A DNA stretch of 55,722 nucleotides from Leptolyngbyaceae cyanobacterium bins.59 (lineage in GTDB: Bacteria; Cyanobacteriota; Cyanobacteriia; GCF-001939115). Of this stretch, positions 9,181-17,733 are shown piece after piece (position 1 is the stretch's first letter; each line of letters starts with the position of its first letter). The translations under genes and the position numbers were made by a program. The stretch spans positions 1 to 55,722 of the forward strand of contig JANRKG010000083.1 in NCBI GenBank assembly GCA_033763635.1, given 5' to 3'. The notes under the pieces are model-generated. The model searched no databases and had not been told where the DNA came from. It saw nothing but the letters and a program-made list of their open reading frames with translations.

Positions 9181-10494
9181 ATGCTTATGCAATGGGTTAA
9201 GACACTAGCAGTAAGAACAGGAAGCTTATGCAGTCTGCTATTACTGGCAACCTATCCCCTTGTAAATCATCGTTCACTCGTAGAACCAGGAAAACTTCTT
9301 GCCCAGACCTCCCTAGCATCCCTTTCGGGTTCTGTCCAAATTGGGTTGGAGCCGTCCGGCACTTCTGCGTTGACCGTTTCTGCTGCCAGTGCTTCGCCAT
9401 CCCCGTTGTTCCAGCAGCCTCCCGTTTTTCCTTCCCCCACCTTCAACAGTGAGCAACTCGATCGCCAGTTGGTCCTCTATTACCAATATTTGGAACTCTC
9501 CGGTCCACCGGATGTGTTGATTGTCGGAAGTTCCCGCGCCCTGTCGGGGATTGATCCCCTCACCCTTCAGCAAACCCTTTGGCAGCGGGGATACTCTGAC
9601 CTGCGAGTGTTTAACTTTAGTATCAACGGGGCAACGGCGCAGGTGATCGATATTCTCCTGCGGCAAATTTTGACCCCCGATCAACTCCCCCGGATGATTA
9701 TCTGGGGAGATGGGGTGCGGGCCTTTAACAGCGGTCGTCCGGATCATACGTATCAGAAAATTGTAGTGTCCCAGGGGCTTCGATCGCTTCTGGCTTTCCG
9801 GTCTCGACCTTCAGGGCAATCCCCAGAAACCTGTGCCATTGCCCCGATCGCCTCCCTGCTCCAGAACCGACGGCCTTTCTGGCTTACATTAACAGCGGCC
9901 CTGCGTCCCCCCGCTGTTCAGAAGCCCTGCCCGGTGCCCGATGCGATCGGGGGACCGATCGATCCCGGAGAAACCATCCTGGACCGCGAAAGGTTAGGAT
10001 TTCAAATTATTACCCAACAATTCAATCCAACTCACTATTTTCGGCAGTTTCCCCGGGTGTCGGGGCGCTATGACGGCGACTACCACAAGTTCAATTTGCG
10101 AGGCTCTCAACATGCGGCATTAGTGCGTGTGACTCAGTTTGCCCGCAACCAGCGGATTCCTCTAGTCTTTGTCAATTTGCCCTTGACCGCAACCTACATG
10201 GACTCGACTCGAATAGCCTATGAGCGGCAGTTCTGGAATTACATGCAACAGTTCGATCGTCGCGACCAACTGATTTTTCGCAACTTGAATCGGCCTAACC
10301 TGGCAAAGAATCAATACTTTATGGACCCCAGCCATATTAATGAACGGGGTGCCCGTGCCGTTGCGCTGGCTCTGGGACAGGATGCGACCCTACCCTGGCC
10401 CCATCCCTGGAGCAGTTTAGCTCCTTTGCCAACCCCCCCCATTGCCATGATCCGTATTTTCTGGCTGGCCCTCGTGCCCCATTTGCATTCCTGA
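9181..10494 (+). CDS. Hypothetical exported protein (possibly DUF1574 / SGNH-DltD-like)
   Basis: 437 aa with an N-terminal hydrophobic anchor, then VLIVGSSRALSGIDP, IIWGDGVRAFN and MDPSHINERGA, which are reminiscent of SGNH/DltD-type motifs. The function call is weak. Confidence 0.55.
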   Translation: MLMQWVKTLAVRTGSLCSLLLLATYPLVNHRSLVEPGKLLAQTSLASLSGSVQIGLEPSGTSALTVSAASASPSPLFQQPPVFPSPTFNSEQLDRQLVLYYQYLELSGPPDVLIVGSSRALSGIDPLTLQQTLWQRGYSDLRVFNFSINGATAQVIDILLRQILTPDQLPRMIIWGDGVRAFNSGRPDHTYQKIVVSQGLRSLLAFRSRPSGQSPETCAIAPIASLLQNRRPFWLTLTAALRPPAVQKPCPVPDAIGGPIDPGETILDRERLGFQIITQQFNPTHYFRQFPRVSGRYDGDYHKFNLRGSQHAALVRVTQFARNQRIPLVFVNLPLTATYMDSTRIAYERQFWNYMQQFDRRDQLIFRNLNRPNLAKNQYFMDPSHINERGARAVALALGQDATLPWPHPWSSLAPLPTPPIAMIRIFWLALVPHLHS

Positions 10495-10559
10495 GGGAAA
10501 TCTCTGTAGCGGAGAACGCTACACTAAACAAGCACCGATCGCCCCTTCTCTGGTTTCTC

Positions 10560-11747
10560 ATGACATCGTTTCCTCGCATCACCCTACAAAAACACAAGGC
10601 AGAAGCGGTTAAACGCTTTCACCCCTGGATCTTTTCGGGAGCTATTAAGAAAAAGCAAGATGATCTGCAAGAAGGGGCGATCGTTGAGGTTTACAGCGAC
10701 AGTGGGGAATACCTGGCAACCGGGCATTATGGTACGGGAAGCATTGCCGTCAAAATCTTTGCCTTTGAACCCATTCAAAATTTCCAACAACTGCTTCTCG
10801 AACGACTCAAAGATGCTTACCTTGCCAGAGTGGGCATGGGTTTAGTCGGCAATTCAGCCACAACTTGCTATCGCCTCGTCAATGCTGAGGGGGATGGGCT
10901 TCCGGGGCTGATTATTGATTGGTACCACGGAACGGCGATCATTCAGGCTCACTCGGTTGGGATGTATGAGCAACGTCACGCGATCGCCCAGGCCTTGCAA
11001 CAGGTGTACGGTCAGGACTTGAAGGCCGTGTATGAGAAAAGCGCCCTGATGTTGTCCAAACAGGCGGCGGCAGAGAACAAGGGAGCGTATTTGTTTGGGG
11101 AACCGACCGATCGCGAAGTGTTGGAATATAACCATCGCTTTCGGGTGGATTGGGAAGAGGGGCAGAAGACAGGCTTTTTCATTGATCAGCGGGAAAATCG
11201 TGCGTTGTTGGCTCACTATGTCACTGATCGCAGGGTTCTCAATACGTTCTGCTATTCGGGTGGGTTCTCGGTTTATGCCGTGCAGTCGGGGGCCAGTCTG
11301 GTGCATTCGGTGGACACATCCGCCCGGGCGATCGAATGGACGGAAGAGAATGTTGCCTTGAACAATCCGCATCAAGTACCCCATGCAACTTACACGAAGG
11401 ATGTATTTGATTTCCTCAAACAGTGTGAAGACACCTATGATGTGATCGTGCTTGACCCTCCCGCTTTTGCGAAGGGTTTGTCCGCCCGTCATCAAGCGAT
11501 GATGGCTTATAAGCGGTTGAACATGCAGGCATTTTCGAAGCTTACAAAGGGCGGAATTGTCTTTACTTTCTCCTGTTCCCAGGTGGTCACGCCAGAGCAT
11601 TTTAATGGGGCGATCACGGCAGCGGCGATCGAGTCTGGGAAACGGGTGCGAGTGTTGCATCATCTTACTCAACCTGCTGACCATCCAGTGAGTATTTATC
11701 ATCCGGAAGGGCTGTATTTGAAGGGGTTGGTGTTGATGGTGGATTAG
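10560..11747 (+). CDS. RlmI-like class I SAM-dependent rRNA (cytosine-C5) methyltransferase with PUA-like N-terminus
   Basis: 395 aa. Contains HPWIFSGAI, GLPGLIIDWY, VLNTFCYSGGFSVYA (motif I), VLDPPAFAK (motif IV) and GLYLKG. Confidence 0.8.
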   Translation: MTSFPRITLQKHKAEAVKRFHPWIFSGAIKKKQDDLQEGAIVEVYSDSGEYLATGHYGTGSIAVKIFAFEPIQNFQQLLLERLKDAYLARVGMGLVGNSATTCYRLVNAEGDGLPGLIIDWYHGTAIIQAHSVGMYEQRHAIAQALQQVYGQDLKAVYEKSALMLSKQAAAENKGAYLFGEPTDREVLEYNHRFRVDWEEGQKTGFFIDQRENRALLAHYVTDRRVLNTFCYSGGFSVYAVQSGASLVHSVDTSARAIEWTEENVALNNPHQVPHATYTKDVFDFLKQCEDTYDVIVLDPPAFAKGLSARHQAMMAYKRLNMQAFSKLTKGGIVFTFSCSQVVTPEHFNGAITAAAIESGKRVRVLHHLTQPADHPVSIYHPEGLYLKGLVLMVD

Positions 11748-11810
11748 GAAAGAGTAGGAGCGTCACGATCAAACGGTCACGAGTTCCTACCCTTTTCTAA
11801 AGGGTAATCC

Positions 11811-12512
11811 CTATGGTTGCTGAATCGATCCTGCCGTCTGCCCGAAGAGAATTTTGCGGCTTTCGTCATTGACGGTTGGACGGCTGCTTAATGCTTCTCC
11901 CTTCTCATAAGCCCGAATCACGGCTGGACGATCGCCCATGACTGCAAACCAGCGTTGCAGATTCGGGAAGTCCGCCAAATTTTGCTGTTGCCGTTCGTAG
12001 GGCACAATCCAGGGATAACAGGCCATGTCGGCGATCGAATAGGCTCCGGCGATAAAGTCTCGCCCTTCCAGTTGTTTATTCAACACTCCATAGAGGCGAT
12101 TGGTTTCCTTAACGTAGCGATCGATCGCATAGGGAATTTTTTCGGGAGCATACTGGGTGAAGTGGTGGTTTTGTCCCGCCATCGGTCCCAATCCGCCCAT
12201 CTGCCAGAACAACCACTCTGTCACTGTTTTGCGACCCCGAAGGTCACTGGGCAAGAACTTGCCCGTCTTCTCTGCCAGGTATAACAGAATTGCACCGGAT
12301 TCAAAGATTGAGATGGGTTCTCCTCCATCGATCGGATTCGGGTCAATGATCGCGGGCATTCGGTTATTGGGGGCAATTTTCAGGAAATCTGGTTTAAATT
12401 GATCCCCTGCTCCGATATTGACGGGAACAATCTGATATTCCAGTTCTGCTTCTTCCAAAAAGATTGTGATCTTGTGTCCGTTAGGAGTCGGCCAGTAGTG
12501 CAGTTCAATCAT
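11811..12512 (-). CDS. Glutathione S-transferase, YfcG-like (Nu class)
   Basis: MIELHYWPTPNGHKITIFLEEAELEYQIVPVNIGAGDQFKPDFLKIAPNNRMPAIID closely resembles E. coli YfcG as I recall it. The ORF track begins at a TTG (12524); the first ATG is at 12512. Confidence 0.85.
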   Translation of the reverse strand: MIELHYWPTPNGHKITIFLEEAELEYQIVPVNIGAGDQFKPDFLKIAPNNRMPAIIDPNPIDGGEPISIFESGAILLYLAEKTGKFLPSDLRGRKTVTEWLFWQMGGLGPMAGQNHHFTQYAPEKIPYAIDRYVKETNRLYGVLNKQLEGRDFIAGAYSIADMACYPWIVPYERQQQNLADFPNLQRWFAVMGDRPAVIRAYEKGEALSSRPTVNDESRKILFGQTAGSIQQP

Positions 12513-12643
12513 GGGAGCAACCAAATTTAGAGTTTAGAGTTTGGATTGACTGCATCGGTTAGGAGTGCAGTACCAGAATTTTAGGCTCCCAAGTTTTGGT
12601 TGGCTTCACCCGAAAGGGGATGGGGCGAGGATTCAAAATTTCG

Positions 12644-13768
12644 TTAAAAATCCACCCCTCGCTTCAAATCGATGCCCCGCTCCGCATAGTGTTTGTGGTT
12701 AATCATCTCAGAATGCACACTGGCGAGGTCGAAATAGGCAGGAGGGTTCTTGCATCGACCCGTAATGATAATTTCCGTATCGCGGGGTTTGCGGAGCATA
12801 GCTTCCACGATCGGGTCTTGGGGCAAGAGTTCCAGATCCACAGTGGGATTCAGTTCATCCAGAATGATGGTTTTATAAAGACCAGAGGCGATCGCCGCCC
12901 GTGCAATTTCCCAGCCCCGTTCCGCCTCTACATAGTCCAATTCCTGCTGTTGCCCGCGCCACACAATCGCATCCCGACCGCAGCGCTGATGATCGACTAA
13001 ATTGGGGTAACTTTGCTGGAGGGCGGCGATTGCTGCATCTTCTGTATAACCCGATCCTCCCTTCAGCCATTGCAGGATTAGCACTCGATGGGACTTATCC
13101 TGACTGATTCCCCGTCCGATCGCCTGAAGCGCTTTTCCCAACGCACTGGTGGATTTTCCCTTTCCGGCACCCGTGTAGATCTCGATCCCCTCAATCCCGT
13201 GTTCCGATGGACCCACAGGCTTCATTTCCGAGTGCAAATCGGCAATATCGAGGAGTTTCTGGGGTGCCCCCCGTCCGGTGGCGATCACTTCCATGTAATC
13301 GGGCTTGGTTTTGAGTGCTTTTACCACATCGTCCGCTGAGAGCAGTTCCAGATCCAGCACTGGATTTAGTTCGTCCAGGACCACGACTGAGTAAAGGCCA
13401 GAGGCGATCGCTCCCTTCGCCACATCCCAACCTCGCTGGGCTTCGAGGCGATCGAAGCGGCTAATGTCGCCTGGGCCAAAAAATTCGGCTCGACCTGTGC
13501 GTACCTGGTCAATCAGGTGGGGGAAGCCCCGTTGTAGGGCTTCGATTGCTGCATCTTCGTCGTAGGTCCGGCCTGGGCCTTTAAGGAAGCGCAGCAGTAA
13601 GACTCGCGTTTGCTCAGAGGTTTTGATACCTAAGCCGATCGAGCGGAGGACAACCCCTAATGCTGCCTGAGACTTGCCCTTCCCGGCCCCGTCGTAGACG
13701 TGGATCTGACCGACCATTCGTTCTGAAAGACCCTGTGCTGTCCGAATGCCAATCCCCGTTCTGACCAT
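12644..13768 (-). CDS. cobO: Tandem-duplicated cob(I)yrinic acid a,c-diamide adenosyltransferase (CobO/BtuR-type) domains in one polypeptide
   Basis: Two homologous halves, each with a P-loop (YDGAGKGKSQAALG; YTGAGKGKSTSALG), a YTEDAAI/YDEDAAI segment and ASGLY...LDELN. The start is ambiguous: GTG at 13816 or ATG at 13768. Confidence 0.8.
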   Translation of the reverse strand: MVRTGIGIRTAQGLSERMVGQIHVYDGAGKGKSQAALGVVLRSIGLGIKTSEQTRVLLLRFLKGPGRTYDEDAAIEALQRGFPHLIDQVRTGRAEFFGPGDISRFDRLEAQRGWDVAKGAIASGLYSVVVLDELNPVLDLELLSADDVVKALKTKPDYMEVIATGRGAPQKLLDIADLHSEMKPVGPSEHGIEGIEIYTGAGKGKSTSALGKALQAIGRGISQDKSHRVLILQWLKGGSGYTEDAAIAALQQSYPNLVDHQRCGRDAIVWRGQQQELDYVEAERGWEIARAAIASGLYKTIILDELNPTVDLELLPQDPIVEAMLRKPRDTEIIITGRCKNPPAYFDLASVHSEMINHKHYAERGIDLKRGVDF

Positions 13769-13866
13769 ATCGCTTGTTCTGCTCTTACTGTCTGATTGTA
13801 GCGGAGATTTCCCCACCCCATTGACCTTGTTCAGGCTACCATAGCAGTGCTGCTGAGGGTTGATCG

Positions 13867-14424
13867 ATGCTACTCCTGAGTCTCTCCCTGCGAACCTATT
13901 TATTCCAATTTCTCTTTATTTTTGTGACGATCGCCATTGAAGCTTTTGTGATTCATCGGGGCCTACGGGTGACGCGGCGGGTGAGTCTGGAATATGCGAT
14001 TTCCCTCAACCTATTCTCTACCGTGATTGGTTGGATGATCTTCTTTCAGTTGGAATCGCTCATTCCTCCCCAACTCAAAGTGCAATTAGTGAGTTACATG
14101 GTATCTGATGAGTTTTTGCCAGAGGTGCAGGAAGCAGGCAGCAATACGTTTTTGATTTTGACAGCCTTTCTCACGTTTTTAATTACCTTTGTTGTCGAAC
14201 TACGGGGATTAGATCTGCTGGATTTTATCCGGGAGGGAAAGAAGCCAGAACTGTCAGAGGAGCCGACGATGGATGCCCGGACCCGCCGCCGTTTAGCCTG
14301 GATGCGGATTCAAGTCAAAGCCCCCCGCAATCAGACGAGGGCGAGTACGATTTTGTTGGCGAATGCTTGCAGCTATAGTGTGATTTCTCTCGTGTTGCTG
14401 GCTCGAATTCTGAGTGCAGATTGA
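13867..14424 (+). CDS. Hypothetical integral membrane protein
   Basis: 185 aa with 4-5 hydrophobic helices and no recognisable motif. Plausible ATG. Confidence 0.5.
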   Translation: MLLLSLSLRTYLFQFLFIFVTIAIEAFVIHRGLRVTRRVSLEYAISLNLFSTVIGWMIFFQLESLIPPQLKVQLVSYMVSDEFLPEVQEAGSNTFLILTAFLTFLITFVVELRGLDLLDFIREGKKPELSEEPTMDARTRRRLAWMRIQVKAPRNQTRASTILLANACSYSVISLVLLARILSAD

Positions 14425-14580
14425 GAGACGGCATTGATTGAGTAGATGTGGAAACAATTTGAGATGTTGTTCAAACGGATTTACCACCGTTGCTAGAATC
14501 TCTAGAAGCCTTGCTCAAAGACCTGTAATGTTTCATCCCACTTCTAAGTTCACCCATCCAATCGATCAGAGTGGTACGCC

Positions 14581-15597
14581 ATGTTTGATTGGCTGAAATC
14601 GCAGGTTGCCTGGATTCAGAAGGAGTTGCTGCCAGAGAAAGCATTCTCCTGGCAAACCCTGGCCTGGTTGAGTGCCTTTTCCTACTTGATGGCGGCGCTT
14701 GCCTCCCCTCTGGTGCGCGAACTTCTGTCTCTGTTTGGGTGGGTCTTTCTGATTGCAGCGGTTGCCTGGGTGACGAAGGAACATCCCGTTAAAGTTGCCA
14801 AATTTGATATCGGTCCCTGGATCACGGGAGCATTAGTCACGACTCTGTTCTTTGGAAATTTGTTTGATGAAGTGCCCTCTGTACCGCTAGTGAGTTGGCC
14901 GATTATCTCTTCCCTGATTGCTTCCGGTCCTAGATTTTTTAAGGATGGAAAAGCAATGCTTCCCGGTCCTAAAGATCGTCAGGAAATCACGGTTTTAATT
15001 TTGAGTAATCTGGTGATTAGTTGCTGGTTTCAGTTCTATTTCACGGTTCAAGGGTGGTCCCAACAGTACCCGGCCCTGATGAGTAGCTACGCTGGACGAG
15101 ATTCCCTGATCGCTCGCTTTGGGTTTCCCGTGATCAATGCGGCTCAAGGACAGGCGATCTTAGAACGGGCAGGGGAAGTTTTAGATCAGCAATTACAAAA
15201 TAAACTCTGGTCCCAGGTAGAACTCTGGTTGTTGGACTTGCGGCGACAACCCGATCGCCTCAATCAATTGGTAAAAGAACGGTTGGATCAGGAGGCCCAA
15301 AATCCTCTGACCCGTCGGGGTAATCGGGCGATCGAGGAATTCCTGTGGAAGTTAGAAGCGCGCATTGTTCCCGGAAATCCTTATACCTTGCAATTGTTTG
15401 CAATCTGGCAAGGGCCAAGTTTGAACCAGAATGGCTATTACCTGACCCGTTCCTGTGAGATTACCGAAGTGCAGCCTTCAGAAGCCGATCGTGCTTTTCT
15501 GCCAGAGGAAACGGCGAGCGACCCCGATGTCACCCTGGGACGAATCAGTTGCGGTCCCATTAGTAGACCTTTGCTCGGTCAACCTCCAGCCCGTTAA
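14581..15597 (+). CDS. Hypothetical membrane protein (N-terminal TM bundle plus soluble C-terminal domain)
   Basis: 338 aa. Several TM segments lie in the first 170 aa. No enzymatic motif recognised. Confidence 0.55.
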   Translation: MFDWLKSQVAWIQKELLPEKAFSWQTLAWLSAFSYLMAALASPLVRELLSLFGWVFLIAAVAWVTKEHPVKVAKFDIGPWITGALVTTLFFGNLFDEVPSVPLVSWPIISSLIASGPRFFKDGKAMLPGPKDRQEITVLILSNLVISCWFQFYFTVQGWSQQYPALMSSYAGRDSLIARFGFPVINAAQGQAILERAGEVLDQQLQNKLWSQVELWLLDLRRQPDRLNQLVKERLDQEAQNPLTRRGNRAIEEFLWKLEARIVPGNPYTLQLFAIWQGPSLNQNGYYLTRSCEITEVQPSEADRAFLPEETASDPDVTLGRISCGPISRPLLGQPPAR

Positions 15598-15745
15598 GTC
15601 CTTGTCTGTCGGCAGAGAGCAGGGTACTGCTTGCGGTAGATTCGGCCCCCTGGGGAAACTGGTAGTCTGCTAAAACAATCACTTTTCTCTGGTGAATTGT
15701 AAACGATTGTAAATCATTCATCCACTCCTCCTATACTGACTCCCT

Positions 15746-17674
15746 ATGGTTGCAACTCCTCCTTCCCAGGCATCCCAGATTCAGCATGAGTTAGAACGGG
15801 CTGATGTTGAAGTCAATGCCCTGGCACAAGCACCTCAGCAAGAAATTGATATTGATCTGGAATTTCTATACACCCGTGATATTGAGTTTCGGCAAGAAAC
15901 GATTTATTTTGTCGTAGTCGATCGCTTCCATGATGGCGATCCAGAAAACAGCGAAGGTCCAAACCCAGAACTGTATGACCCCTCTGGTCAAGATTGGGGC
16001 AAGTATTGGGGCGGCGACCTCCAGGGGGTGATTGATAAGCTGGGTTATTTGAAAAACATGGGAGTGACAGCTATCTGGCTCACTCCTTTGTTCGAGCAAA
16101 TTGAAGATTTGTTTGTGGGGAACGCGGCGATTCATGGCTACTGGACACGGGACTTCAAACGCTTGAATCCCCGCTTTATTGGAAAAGATGAGGAGCCTTC
16201 CCTCAACAAAACCCAGGAAACTCGCAACACAACATTCGATCGCCTGGTTGAAGAGGTACACAAGCGCAACATGAAGCTAATTCTGGACATTGTGTGCAAT
16301 CACAGTAACCCAGATATCAGTGGTCGTAAGGGTGAACTGTACGATGATGGTGTGAAAATTGCCGACTTTAATGACGACAAAGACCACTGGTATCACCATT
16401 ATGGGGAAGTCACCAACTGGGAAGACGAGTGGCAACTCCAGAACTGTGAATTATCCGGTCTGGCAACCTTCAATGAGAACAATATCCAATACCGGAATTA
16501 CATTAAGGCTGCGATTAAACAATGGCTCGATCGGGGGGTGGATGCCCTGCGAGTAGATACCGTGAAACACATGCCCACCTGGTTCTGGCAAGAATTCATC
16601 GCTGACATTCAGAATCACAAGCCGGATGTGTTTGTGTTTGGAGAATGGATTTTTAGCCATCCTCAAGACCCCACTTCGATCGAGTTTGCTAACTGCTCAG
16701 GAATGAGCATTCTGGACTTTGGTCTCTGTGTTGCGATTCGGGAAGCGTTGGGTAAGGGGGCAACGGCTGGCTTCCAACTGGTACAGGATATTTTTGATTT
16801 GGATCATCATTACAACCGGGCAACGGAATTGGTGACATTCATCGATAACCATGACATGCCCCGGTTCCAATCCCTCAATTCCGATCCGGAAATGTTGCGG
16901 GTTGCGATCGCCCTGATCATGACTTCTCGTGGAATTCCCTGCCTTTACTATGGGACGGAACAGTATCTCCATGATGATACGAATGGGGGAAATGATCCTT
17001 ACAACCGTCCGATGATGACCCAGTGGGACAGTGATACGGAAGTTTATCGCTGGGTTCGGTTGCTCTCAGGCTTACGCCGACTGAATCCTGCGGTTTCGGT
17101 GGGAAGTCATCAACAGCGCTTTATTACCCCGGAAGTTTACTGTTATGAGCGTAATTATGGGAAATGTACCTGCTTTGTTGCTATGACCCGTGGAGAAGCA
17201 ACGACGATCGCCAATGTCACAACCCGCTTACCCGATGGCGAACATACCTGTGTGCTCACCCACCGCAAAGTCACGGTCGAAAATGGGGTGATTTCCAACC
17301 TGGAATTAGGGCGACGGGAAGTGATGGTATTGAGCCACATTGGAGAACGGGCGAAGGGGCAAGTTCTGGTCCGGGCACAGTTGAATGGAATTTACACCCA
17401 ACCGGGAGAATTCATCGTTGTCACTGGAGATTGCCCTGAATTGGGGAATTGGGATATTGCCCAAGCCTATCCTCTGGAGTACATCAATGCAAGTACCTGG
17501 TTTGCAGAAATCCCCTTTAATGAAAGTGCTGGGAAGTTGATTACTTACAAATATGTGTTGCTCAGGGAAGGGATTTCTCCCATACGAGAAAATCTTGTCT
17601 CTCGTCGCTGGTATCTCTCAACTGAGGGAACCGTGAAGTGGCGCGATATTTGGGCAAGTTCTGGAAGTTGTTAA
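15746..17674 (+). CDS. GH13 alpha-amylase family glycosidase with C-terminal starch-binding (CBM20-like) domain
   Basis: GH13 regions DIVCNHSNP, GVDALRVDTVKHM, FVFGEW and FIDNHDMPRF. The C-terminal 100 aa or so (VRAQLNGIYTQPGEFIVVTGDCPELGNWD...YKYVL) resembles CBM20. Confidence 0.85.
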   Translation: MVATPPSQASQIQHELERADVEVNALAQAPQQEIDIDLEFLYTRDIEFRQETIYFVVVDRFHDGDPENSEGPNPELYDPSGQDWGKYWGGDLQGVIDKLGYLKNMGVTAIWLTPLFEQIEDLFVGNAAIHGYWTRDFKRLNPRFIGKDEEPSLNKTQETRNTTFDRLVEEVHKRNMKLILDIVCNHSNPDISGRKGELYDDGVKIADFNDDKDHWYHHYGEVTNWEDEWQLQNCELSGLATFNENNIQYRNYIKAAIKQWLDRGVDALRVDTVKHMPTWFWQEFIADIQNHKPDVFVFGEWIFSHPQDPTSIEFANCSGMSILDFGLCVAIREALGKGATAGFQLVQDIFDLDHHYNRATELVTFIDNHDMPRFQSLNSDPEMLRVAIALIMTSRGIPCLYYGTEQYLHDDTNGGNDPYNRPMMTQWDSDTEVYRWVRLLSGLRRLNPAVSVGSHQQRFITPEVYCYERNYGKCTCFVAMTRGEATTIANVTTRLPDGEHTCVLTHRKVTVENGVISNLELGRREVMVLSHIGERAKGQVLVRAQLNGIYTQPGEFIVVTGDCPELGNWDIAQAYPLEYINASTWFAEIPFNESAGKLITYKYVLLREGISPIRENLVSRRWYLSTEGTVKWRDIWASSGSC

Positions 17675-17733
17675 ATAGGTAATAGGTAGTGGGTCTTCTA
17701 TCACCCACTACCCATTACCCACTACCCATTACT
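17675..17733. terminator. Bidirectional hairpin built from heptamer repeats (ACCCAYT)n between convergent genes
   Basis: 17-bp stem with one mismatch, ggtaataggtagtgggt (17678-17694) / acccactacccattacc (17703-17719). The array acccact-acccatt-acccact-acccatt continues to 17733 and overlaps the last treZ codons. Confidence 0.65.

Noticed and set aside
10854-11702. 282-aa ORF on the minus strand
   Set aside because: It is entirely antisense to the well-supported RlmI-like methyltransferase gene. It has no recognisable motifs and an Arg/His/Pro-rich composition typical of shadow ORFs.
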